IMG/VR virus record: IMGVR_UViG_3300020362_000765
Coordinates: 1-24,619 of that record
Origin: a virus
Taxonomy: Duplodnaviria; Caudoviricetes
Strand: one strand, 5' to 3'
Length of the DNA stretch: 24,619 bases
The translations under genes were made by a program, and so were the position numbers. Below are positions 1 to 6,955 of the stretch, piece after piece. Below the pieces are notes generated by a model. That model worked only from the letters and a program-made list of their open reading frames with translations, was not told where the DNA came from and did no database searches. Every line of letters starts with the position of its first letter. Position 1 is the first letter of the stretch.

Positions 1-863
1 TTCTGTTGTATGTATCGTATTAATTTTTCAACGTGGGTTTTAGTGTTACCAATGACTTGACCTTTTCGTACATACGTATTATTAAAAGTTTCAATCGTTT
101 GAGCAAGATTTTGATTAGCTTCGAGAGTACGTAAGGTAGTACCAGAAATTTTATTAAATATCCTGCCAGCGTTACTAAGATGTGCATTGACTTCCTCCGT
201 ATCTTTTTTAGTCATAGTGAATCGTGTCATGTCTCTTAACATTGCGTCTTGTGACCAAACGTCTTTTGATTTAAAATTGGAAGTATCTACGCCATAAGAA
301 GCTTTCATGTCTTCAAATTTTCTACCTGTATATGATGTGTGCCAAACTACACCAATCTTTGCGGCTCGAGCTTTCTTTGCTGCTTCACTGTTTGTAGGTA
401 TCGCATACATGATTGTGTTGGGGTGAAACGTAAGATATGGTTTACCTTTTATCTTCTTTGTTTTTAAATCACCAGGTCCAAATAAAAAATCACCTTGTAT
501 TACACCTTTGATACCAATGTTTGGTAAGTATTTAAGTGCTGCTTTTAATTTTGTATTGAGATCACCAGAAGTATCGTCATCAATATCATCGTTAGATTTA
601 TATACCTTTGGAGTGGCATTGAAAATTCCTTTCTTTGCAACAAAAAATGCACCGTCACGAGGATCAGTACCGGCAAAAACAGCTGGAGCTCCATCCCATT
701 TGACGCTAACGTTTCCATCTTTGACTCCTCCTAACATATCTCTAAGAGAACGTAAAGCAAGTATTGCCTGTCTTGTACCATCGACACCACCATACAGGAC
801 TTTATCCTCAATGTGAGTCATATGAGTGTTCTTTTGTTCCGTAATAAATTCTTTAAAGTTCAT
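1..863 (-). CDS. DUF6267-like phage protein with ligase-like KxDG motif (partial, runs off left edge; absent from ORF track)
   Basis: Manual translation from ATG at 863: MNFKEFITEQKNTHMTHIEDKVLYGG...VSVKWDGAPAVFAGTDP...FFVAKKGIFN...VIQGDFLF...FHPNTIMY. The start overlaps the stop of the upstream gene (TAATG). Confidence 0.75.
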   Translation of the reverse strand, partial: MNFKEFITEQKNTHMTHIEDKVLYGGVDGTRQAILALRSLRDMLGGVKDGNVSVKWDGAPAVFAGTDPRDGAFFVAKKGIFNATPKVYKSNDDIDDDTSGDLNTKLKAALKYLPNIGIKGVIQGDFLFGPGDLKTKKIKGKPYLTFHPNTIMYAIPTNSEAAKKARAAKIGVVWHTSYTGRKFEDMKASYGVDTSNFKSKDVWSQDAMLRDMTRFTMTKKDTEEVNAHLSNAGRIFNKISGTTLRTLEANQNLAQTIETFNNTYVRKGQVIGNTKTHVEKLIRYIQQ

Positions 864-1678
864 TAGATTTTAACTGCTGGTTTTATAGAGCTCTGTGTTA
901 TAGTATCTATAATTACGTTTCTTGCATTAACTGGACCTACATGTAATATCTCGCCGTAGGTTGCGTCTTTCTTTTCATTGTTAATAAATATGACAGTATG
1001 TTTAGAAAAGTATCTTGATGCGATTTGTTTAAATTCATTTTCAAGACTCTTATATACTCTTGGATTTTTTTGTTTTAAAACTTTTAGTTTTTTACGACCA
1101 AATTCTAAACCAGTGCCACCTCCACCAGATTTAATTCCAATTTTTGCGAACTCATCAGCAAACTTACCAGCAAGTTTAGAAGTATCCTCTGCACCACCCA
1201 TAAAGAAACCAGCGACATAACCTTTTGGTATTTCACCTCTATCAGTTTTTGATACACTTATACTTTTTAATTCAGCACCATTATTACCTAAACTAACATC
1301 TATACCCTTTGACGCACCGCCACCGATCGATGCTTCGTCATACATAAAATAAAACATAAATTCACCGGGTCCTATACCAGACATCGGATAATGAATTAAA
1401 CTTTCTGCATTTTTTGCATCTTCTTTTTTTAACTTGGCAAGAAGTTTGTTATGCGCATCCTTTGAAAACTTAGTACCCTTAATAGTATCATTTAAATCAA
1501 AGTTAGGAAACCAAGTTGATCGTACAACAAACTGTATTTCTTTTTTATATTTAGTTGTTTTAAGATCCTGTGACTTAAGAGTAAAGGCTTTTAGTCTTAA
1601 AGCGTTTTTTACAAAGTCGCCATCTAGATCTTTGAGTTCCATATCTTCTAATATGCTATATAATCTTTTAAATCTCAC
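863..1678 (-). CDS. hypothetical protein with PD-(D/E)xK nuclease-like motif
   Basis: 271 aa, GTG start; GPGE...GGG...GIDVSLGNNGAELKS (D-x8-E-x-K); paralogous to 1675..2556. Confidence 0.6.
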   Translation of the reverse strand: MRFKRLYSILEDMELKDLDGDFVKNALRLKAFTLKSQDLKTTKYKKEIQFVVRSTWFPNFDLNDTIKGTKFSKDAHNKLLAKLKKEDAKNAESLIHYPMSGIGPGEFMFYFMYDEASIGGGASKGIDVSLGNNGAELKSISVSKTDRGEIPKGYVAGFFMGGAEDTSKLAGKFADEFAKIGIKSGGGGTGLEFGRKKLKVLKQKNPRVYKSLENEFKQIASRYFSKHTVIFINNEKKDATYGEILHVGPVNARNVIIDTITQSSIKPAVKI

Positions 1679-2556
1679 AGTCTGCCTCCACTTCTAATTT
1701 TTATTAATGGTTTTAAATTCTTTCCTGAATAATTGTGTATTGTGACGTCTTCTTCTCTTATATCATCAGCATAATATATTATCTCACCCATTCTATTTCC
1801 CGTATCTTTTGAACCTACAAAAATAAATGGAAACTTTCCAAAATAATTTTTTACAGTTAATGCTTGAAATTCTTTTTCTATTTTAGTAAATTCACCGGCT
1901 CCATCACCACTTTTTAATTTATCAATAGTTGTTTTTTTAACACTTTGAGGTGTATTAATTCCTAATTTATCTTTTTGTAAATTAACGAGTTTTGTTATAA
2001 TTGTATTCGATGTTATTTCTTCACCATTCTTACGTACAGCCTGCTTAGATATTTTTTCCTCTTTGTCTTTTTCCACTTTATCTACGCCTGTACCTATTCT
2101 AAATCCTTCGACATAATTTTTATCATAATATTTTACAGCCTTAACTTCATATTTTTTTGTTCCGATCCTAACATCACCATCATCATTACCTCCAGCTAAA
2201 TAAACTTTATCGTGTAATAGATATATAAGTACTTCAGCTGGCCCAAAACTTTCAAACTTGTTTTGAACTATTTCTCTATATTGATCTATTGGAATAGCAC
2301 TCTTTATTTCTCTTACTAAACTATTATAAGCTTTTGCTTCTGATAATCCAAACTGATTTTGTTTCAAAGCTCTTTCAAATATATTTTTGCCATTTAATTT
2401 AATATATTTTCTCATATATAATTCTTGTATCTCAAACTTATATTTTAAACTATCTTGTCCTTCAAAATCAGATCCAGTAAGTTTAAGTACTCTACCATAC
2501 GGTAATTTACTTTTTATCCATTCTAAACTGGCCGGCGTAAATCTGAACTTTGACAT
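1675..2556 (-). CDS. hypothetical protein with PD-(D/E)xK nuclease-like motif
   Basis: 293 aa; GPAE...AGG...GDVRIGTKKYEVKA; shares a C-terminal FIF...GEI...IKP/LKP pattern with 863..1678. Confidence 0.6.
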   Translation of the reverse strand: MSKFRFTPASLEWIKSKLPYGRVLKLTGSDFEGQDSLKYKFEIQELYMRKYIKLNGKNIFERALKQNQFGLSEAKAYNSLVREIKSAIPIDQYREIVQNKFESFGPAEVLIYLLHDKVYLAGGNDDGDVRIGTKKYEVKAVKYYDKNYVEGFRIGTGVDKVEKDKEEKISKQAVRKNGEEITSNTIITKLVNLQKDKLGINTPQSVKKTTIDKLKSGDGAGEFTKIEKEFQALTVKNYFGKFPFIFVGSKDTGNRMGEIIYYADDIREEDVTIHNYSGKNLKPLIKIRSGGRL

Positions 2557-2575
2557 CTCTTTCCACTATAATATT

Positions 2576-2604
2576 ATTATACACTATTTATAATGGTTTG
2601 TACA
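2576..2604 (-). promoter_or_regulatory. composite early promoter (TGTACA-N17-TATAAT) with an embedded T4-type late promoter TATAAATA (2585-2592)
   Basis: Minus strand TGTACAaaccatTATAAATAgtgTATAAT, directly upstream of the ORF starting at 2556. Confidence 0.75.
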
Positions 2605-2605
2605 T

Positions 2606-2630
2606 AAAAAAAGCACCCGAAGGTGCTTTT
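2606..2630 (-). terminator. intrinsic terminator
   Basis: Minus strand AAAAGCACC-TTCG-GGTGCTTTTTTT: C(UUCG)G tetraloop hairpin followed by a U-tract, immediately after a stop codon. Confidence 0.9.
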
Positions 2631-2799
2631 AATCGTGTATATTTTCGCAGAAATTTTTTATCTCTGGAAAGACGCCTATTCTACAGTTACCTTTATAATA
2701 TTCGATAGGCCAACCGATGAATATTATAACAAATATTAATATGAAAATAATAGAAACCGCGCGTTCCTTAAGGAACGACCAAAATTTATTAACGACCAC
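2629..2799 (-). CDS. small membrane protein (56 aa; not in ORF track)
   Basis: GTG start: MVVNKFWSFLKERAVSIIFILIFVIIFIGWPIEYYKGNCRIGVFPEIKNFCENIHD; one TM helix; stop abuts the terminator. Confidence 0.55.
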   Translation of the reverse strand: MVVNKFWSFLKERAVSIIFILIFVIIFIGWPIEYYKGNCRIGVFPEIKNFCENIHD

Positions 2800-2962
2800 G
2801 TTTTTTAAACGTCATACTTTTATTAAATCTTTTCTTATGAGAAGAATTTTTCTTTCTTCTATCATGTTCACGGTTACGAGGATCATACATCTCGTAACCA
2901 CGAATACCATTATCCTTTGCCCATGCGGCAATCATTTCTGGTTTATGTTTACTTGAACTCAT
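2789..2962 (-). CDS. small basic protein (57 aa; not in ORF track)
   Basis: MSSSKHKPEMIAAWAKDNGIRGYEMYDPRNREHDRRKKNSSHKKRFNKSMTFKKRGR; ATGA-coupled to the upstream gene. Confidence 0.7.
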   Translation of the reverse strand: MSSSKHKPEMIAAWAKDNGIRGYEMYDPRNREHDRRKKNSSHKKRFNKSMTFKKRGR

Positions 2963-3390
2963 TTTTTAAACCTCACACTGTAACTCTTGCCATCATAATT
3001 AAAAGTAATTATTGAATGAGAGTAAATTGTTTCCATTGACTCTTTGTATCTTGTTAAGTTTCTACAAACAAGTTCAGTACCATCTTTTGCAGTACTGTTC
3101 TGATGACCTAACAATCCACCAATAATCGCACCTGCTGTTCCACCGTCAGGCATGTTCTTGGTAACGTTGTTACCAATGATACCGCCGATAATCGCACCCA
3201 TAACTGCGTCACCAGTCTTATCACCTGATACTCTTCTTTCAGAACAAACTTCAACATTATATGGCGTTCTTTTAATTACTGTCTTTTCGTAATCTTGAAT
3301 ATCAATATTATATGGTTGAGTCGCGAAAGCCTCATTGATTAGAAATACTGAACCAAATCCGGCTAAAAAAGCTAATACTTTACTTCTCAT
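2959..3390 (-). CDS. glycine-zipper 2TM domain protein, likely secreted or membrane-associated
   Basis: Signal-peptide-like N-terminus (MRSKVLAFLAGFGSVFLINEAFA); GAIIGGIIGN...GTAGAIIGGLLG glycine zipper; start moved to 3390 (ATGA overlap). Confidence 0.8.
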   Translation of the reverse strand: MRSKVLAFLAGFGSVFLINEAFATQPYNIDIQDYEKTVIKRTPYNVEVCSERRVSGDKTGDAVMGAIIGGIIGNNVTKNMPDGGTAGAIIGGLLGHQNSTAKDGTELVCRNLTRYKESMETIYSHSIITFNYDGKSYSVRFKK

Positions 3391-3575
3391 TTCTTTAACT
3401 TCCATAAGATATATTCTTCACCATTTGCTTTCATGGTAATGGCAGGAACTCCCGATGGTTTTGTCTTACCAATGTATTCCCATTTATAGCCGTCTTTCAT
3501 TTGAGCGTTGGCCGTTTCTCTAAACTCTTGAGTGTCAATGCTGAACATACCAAGAACTAATGCTACTATTCCCAT
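3387..3575 (-). CDS. hypothetical protein
   Basis: 62 aa, GGAG RBS, hydrophobic N-terminus, part of an operon. Confidence 0.7.
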   Translation of the reverse strand: MGIVALVLGMFSIDTQEFRETANAQMKDGYKWEYIGKTKPSGVPAITMKANGEEYILWKLKK

Positions 3576-3606
3576 ATTTCTCTCCTTCCTTGGGTTAGAA
3601 GGTAGC

Positions 3607-4563
3607 TTACGCTACCTCCGCAAATTCTAATGCTGTCTTAAGAGCATCTCTTTTTCTGATTTGGTTACCACCAAACCATGAAGAGTATAACCTGTTATCA
3701 GGATTTCTACCCTGCAAGTGATCTGTCACGTAAGTAACAGAATTAAAAGCCTGCCACCAAGAGCCTTCGGCATACTTAGCGCCGGGCTGAAGCTCGATAG
3801 CATCAAATGCAGCCTTTGCATTCTTTGAAAGAGTCTCTACTGATAACTCTTGATTTTGAACACGCTTGTCAGCTGTTCTTGGAAAGACTGTATTGTAATA
3901 CTCTATAAGATTATCTATATTATATCTCTTAGAACCAAGAAACTCAGCCATTTCTTTGTACTGACTTAACTTAGCAGAAGCGATACCAAGAGCCTTCTTA
4001 ACTTCATCGGCATTGAACTCTGTTCTGTGACCGACTTTAACGGATCTTTCAGCCTTTGCCTCAAGAGATAATGATAAAGTATTGTTACATACCACTCTAA
4101 TTGGAGTAAACCTCACATCGATAGAGAAACCGTACTTATGTGGATTCGAAAAGAGCAAGTATGACTCGACGGTGTCACCACCAAACAAATCAAAAGACTC
4201 TTTAACTTTCGCTAAAGCCCATACGAGCTGACCACCCTTGAGTGAACCTGCTGTATGCATTTCCATATCGCCTTTTAAGACGTACTCGCTGAAGAAGTTG
4301 AATGCATCTTCGTTTTGGACAGGATTCCAAACCTGACCGATGTTAGTAAGAACTTTATTATCAGAACTTCTGACTAAAGCCTTCATACCAGTAGGAATTT
4401 TTTTGTCGCCTACAGTGACGTATGAATCAATCTGCTCGACTGTCCAGTCTAAGCCAGCTTTCTTCATCATTTGATTCGGTGTAAGATCGTTACTGACCGG
4501 AACACCAAGGCCGTGCCAAGGAACTTCCCCCGCGTAAGCCATTGTTTCAACATTATGAGCCAT
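3607..4563 (-). CDS. DUF932 family phage/plasmid-like protein (TIGR03299-like)
   Basis: MAHNVETMAYAGEVPWHGLG...AGLDWTV...PVQN...TAGSLKGG...YLLFSNPH...TPIRVVCNNTL...WQAFNSVTYVTDH. Confidence 0.9.
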   Translation of the reverse strand: MAHNVETMAYAGEVPWHGLGVPVSNDLTPNQMMKKAGLDWTVEQIDSYVTVGDKKIPTGMKALVRSSDNKVLTNIGQVWNPVQNEDAFNFFSEYVLKGDMEMHTAGSLKGGQLVWALAKVKESFDLFGGDTVESYLLFSNPHKYGFSIDVRFTPIRVVCNNTLSLSLEAKAERSVKVGHRTEFNADEVKKALGIASAKLSQYKEMAEFLGSKRYNIDNLIEYYNTVFPRTADKRVQNQELSVETLSKNAKAAFDAIELQPGAKYAEGSWWQAFNSVTYVTDHLQGRNPDNRLYSSWFGGNQIRKRDALKTALEFAEVA

Positions 4564-4579
4564 ATTTACCTTCCTTTCT

Positions 4580-4660
4580 TTATGCTAAAATAATATAGGC
4601 TAAAAATAATTCTGCGAACAGAATAACAGAACAAATAAAATATAAAAGTGATTTAAGCAT
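4580..4660 (-). CDS. tiny hydrophobic peptide (26 aa)
   Basis: MLKSLLYFICSVILFAELFLAYIILA with GGAGG RBS; the ORF-track 82 aa version is over-extended. Confidence 0.5.
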   Translation of the reverse strand: MLKSLLYFICSVILFAELFLAYIILA

Positions 4661-4943
4661 CTTGCGCCTCCACTTCTCGAGCAGCTCTTTGCGCGTCTCT
4701 TTCGTCCTGCTTACGAACGAAATCGTTGCCAGCCACACACTGCTTGGTTGTAAGGAAACCAGTCTTTTCGAAAAAAGACAAGAGGTTAGAAGCGAACTCG
4801 CTCCAATGCTTACGCTTTTGCAAGCCATACACGAGCTTCCTGTTAACAGGACACTTCATGAACCTGTCCATCTTAGCAAGTCTGCTTTGTGGAAACCTTC
4901 TGATTTTTTCCTGTCTGAGGAACATTGCTTGATCGATATTCAT
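4653..4943 (-). CDS. hypothetical early protein
   Basis: 96 aa, first gene behind an early promoter and AAGGGAG RBS; EFASNLLSFFEKTGFLTTKQ pattern. Confidence 0.8.
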   Translation of the reverse strand: MNIDQAMFLRQEKIRRFPQSRLAKMDRFMKCPVNRKLVYGLQKRKHWSEFASNLLSFFEKTGFLTTKQCVAGNDFVRKQDERDAQRAAREVEAQDA

Positions 4944-4975
4944 AATTTAAACTCCCTTTTCAATCTTATAATAAT

Positions 4976-5005
4976 ATTATACACTAGTTTCTCTCAAATG
5001 TAAAC
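4976..5005 (-). promoter_or_regulatory. phage early promoter
   Basis: GTTTACA-N17-TATAAT, followed by an AT-rich leader and AAAGGGAG RBS. Confidence 0.85.
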
Positions 5006-5027
5006 AAAAAAAATGCACTTATTTGAA

Positions 5028-5048
5028 AAAATAAACATAACATGTTAA
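5028..5048. repeat. 21 bp direct repeat, copy 1 (AAAATAAACATAACATGTTAA)
   Basis: Identical to 6492-6512; contains the palindrome TAACATGTTA. Confidence 0.85.
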
Positions 5049-5210
5049 TTAAACTTCGGTCCATACCGCAGTCCACTCATGCTCGAGCCACTTGGACTTA
5101 TGAATTCGATTCAGTGTACGGTAGAGACTCTTAGCCTTTTTAACACAATCGAACTCAAAAGTTTCCATGTGTTCACCGTCGGCGTACGTTTTGATAATAA
5201 TATTCTTCAT
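5049..5210 (-). CDS. small early protein (53 aa; not in ORF track)
   Basis: MKNIIIKTYADGEHMETFEFDCVKKAKSLYRTLNRIHKSKWLEHEWTAVWTEV, behind its own early promoter and AAGGGAG RBS. Confidence 0.8.
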   Translation of the reverse strand: MKNIIIKTYADGEHMETFEFDCVKKAKSLYRTLNRIHKSKWLEHEWTAVWTEV

Positions 5211-5242
5211 AATAATATAACTCCCTTTTTGATTATAGTTAT

Positions 5243-5271
5243 ATTATACTCTATTTTCTCTTAGATGTACA
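5243..5271 (-). promoter_or_regulatory. phage early promoter
   Basis: TGTACA-N17-TATAAT. Confidence 0.85.
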
Positions 5272-5287
5272 CCGTTTTTTTCACTTT

Positions 5288-5995
5288 TTAGGATTTTTTT
5301 TCAGAAGGATTTTTTTTACCGGTAATGTAGTCACGATCGGCATAGAGCTTCTGCCACTCTGGATTCATGTCGTAATAGTACTCCTCGGTGTCTCCAAGCC
5401 TGTACTCATTACCGTTCTCGACCTGATAGTATTCCGTACTCACTTTGAAATCCGGTGTCTTCGGATTCTTTGGCGTCAAACTATTATCATACACACGCAT
5501 ACGATTGTTCGGATACAGAGCGTACTGCCCGTTCTCCAACTCTAACAAGTTAAAAGACTTGTGCTCGTCCGGCTGTTCCGCTGTAGAGTAATCAACCTCG
5601 TCAGAGTGTATGTGATAGTTATCCAAGGTAGCAATGTATGAACCCTTTACACGCCCGTGGTTCTTTGTCCATACCTCGTAATCCATGGATCCAATGAACT
5701 GTTTCTGTATGCAAGTAACACCATAGTCCATACAGTTCCAAAACTGTAGATCCGGTAGAGCCATATCAACATCAGGAGTCTCAGGACTCGATACAAACGC
5801 TGATATCGGTAACTTATCGAAAAGAGCACCGTACTCTGGTAGGAATGTTTCAAAATAGAAGGCGCGACCAGGGATAGACTTCGCAGTTACCCAGTGACCC
5901 TCGACGAACTCACCGTGTCCATCCTCGAGGTCTCGTAGGTACTCACGGCGCACCCAAACTTTCTGATTGGGTATATTACAAATTAAATGCGACAT
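5288..5995 (-). CDS. hypothetical phage protein
   Basis: 235 aa long ORF; WVRREYL, DKLPISAF, QFWNC, EHKSFN, PNNR motifs; function not recognised. Confidence 0.85.
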   Translation of the reverse strand: MSHLICNIPNQKVWVRREYLRDLEDGHGEFVEGHWVTAKSIPGRAFYFETFLPEYGALFDKLPISAFVSSPETPDVDMALPDLQFWNCMDYGVTCIQKQFIGSMDYEVWTKNHGRVKGSYIATLDNYHIHSDEVDYSTAEQPDEHKSFNLLELENGQYALYPNNRMRVYDNSLTPKNPKTPDFKVSTEYYQVENGNEYRLGDTEEYYYDMNPEWQKLYADRDYITGKKNPSEKKS

Positions 5996-6079
5996 AATAC
6001 TATATATCTCCGAAAAAGGTATAGAGACGAAAATTTTCCAGGAAAAAATTTTTAAAAAAGGTTTCTGAAAAAAAGTTCT

Positions 6080-6455
6080 GTGCTCTCTAAAACGCGAACC
6101 ATACTAGTGACCTGTTACAGCCCTGCGCGATTCTGCCAATATAAACCCCTATATAGGTGAGTCACACAGAGGGCCGCAGAGTAACGAAACAGTATACTGA
6201 TATAGTATCTAACCTCGTGGCGCCAGAACGTTACTCTGCGAGTGTCTGAGGGCCGTTGTTCAAGACATCCACCCTACCGACCGATCGGCCCTCTGATAGG
6301 GTGGGATACGTTTTATACTCCGACTCTGGTTCCCTGGGTAGTACCACACCTGTAAACCCCGATGACCTTCACGCTATCTCATTGTCCCTCGGTCACCCTG
6401 TCGGTTACTGTCGCTATCCGTAATCCATATATTATACTCCCTTTTTTACTTTATA
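6080..6455 (-). ncRNA. candidate structured non-coding RNA (boundaries approximate)
   Basis: Downstream of an early promoter; no credible ORF; GC-rich; 12 bp stem 6175-6186/6229-6240; hairpin 6269-6276/6297-6304 whose loop can pair with 6248-6255 or 6167-6176. Confidence 0.5.
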
Positions 6456-6460
6456 TACTT

Positions 6461-6489
6461 ATTATACCACGGTTCGAAAAGAATGTACA
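6461..6489 (-). promoter_or_regulatory. phage early promoter driving the non-coding region
   Basis: TGTACA-N17-TATAAT, followed by AAAGGGAG. Confidence 0.85.
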
Positions 6490-6491
6490 CC

Positions 6492-6512
6492 AAAATAAAC
6501 ATAACATGTTAA
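6492..6512. repeat. 21 bp direct repeat, copy 2
   Basis: Identical to 5028-5048. Confidence 0.85.
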
Positions 6513-6656
6513 ATATATGGGCACTTTTTTGTGTGCTTAGAGAAAAATCTGCGGACTACTGCGGACACTAAGGTATGCGACTGTGTGTACGTTTTCCTTA
6601 GTTTTTATGATTTGTATGTAGACGGTGCACATTGTATATTACGCATATATAGTATT

Positions 6657-6785
6657 ATGAAGAGATTTATAGAAGATTTTATATACTACTATAGGATGTT
6701 TGGACCTCGGTATGGTTGGTTCTGGTCTCTTGAATACAGTCGCTTTAACGCAAGATACTTTAATAGAGACGGTACATGGAGGTAG
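6657..6785 (+). CDS. small aromatic-rich peptide (42 aa)
   Basis: MKRFIEDFIYYYRMFGPRYGWFWSLEYSRFNARYFNRDGTWR; ATG lies within the ATATATAGTATTATG motif. Confidence 0.65.
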   Translation: MKRFIEDFIYYYRMFGPRYGWFWSLEYSRFNARYFNRDGTWR

Positions 6786-6787
6786 AA

Positions 6788-6955
6788 ATGAATGCGACAG
6801 ACTTTATTATGGTTCTTTTGACCGCTTCCTTAGTCTATTTAGGGTTTTCTTTCATATGGATAGGTATGTATTGGGGACTGATATTGATATGGTTCAATAT
6901 GAAGATGTTTGATTATTATTGTATATGGAGAAAGAATGAGATTGATAGAACCTGA
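6788..6955 (+). CDS. small membrane protein (55 aa; not in ORF track)
   Basis: GGAGG RBS; MNATDFIMVLLTASLVYLGFSFIWIGMYWGLILIWFNMKMFDYYCIWRKNEIDRT. Confidence 0.65.
   Translation: MNATDFIMVLLTASLVYLGFSFIWIGMYWGLILIWFNMKMFDYYCIWRKNEIDRT

Noticed and set aside
2762-2777. Perfect 16 bp palindrome CGTTCCTTAAGGAACG
   Set aside because: Single occurrence inside a small CDS, with no loop, U-tract or promoter context; could be chance
6405-6428. TAG reassignment or readthrough of the MDYG micro-ORF
   Set aside because: A TAA follows three codons later, and TAG acts as a normal stop elsewhere (6785, 7796, 12140)
6080-6455. Group I intron, hammerhead, HDV-like ribozyme, RNase P RNA or retron ncRNA
   Set aside because: Only fragments resemble these motifs (GATATAGT, CTGATA, CCTCGTGG); no full CUGAnGA/GAAA core, P-Q-R-S set or GAGGAAAGUCC, and no reverse transcriptase in the window
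6362-6656. ORFs 6362..6571 and the 5' extension of 6531..6785
   Set aside because: They cross promoter, repeat and structured non-coding DNA; the ATG at 6657 is the better start
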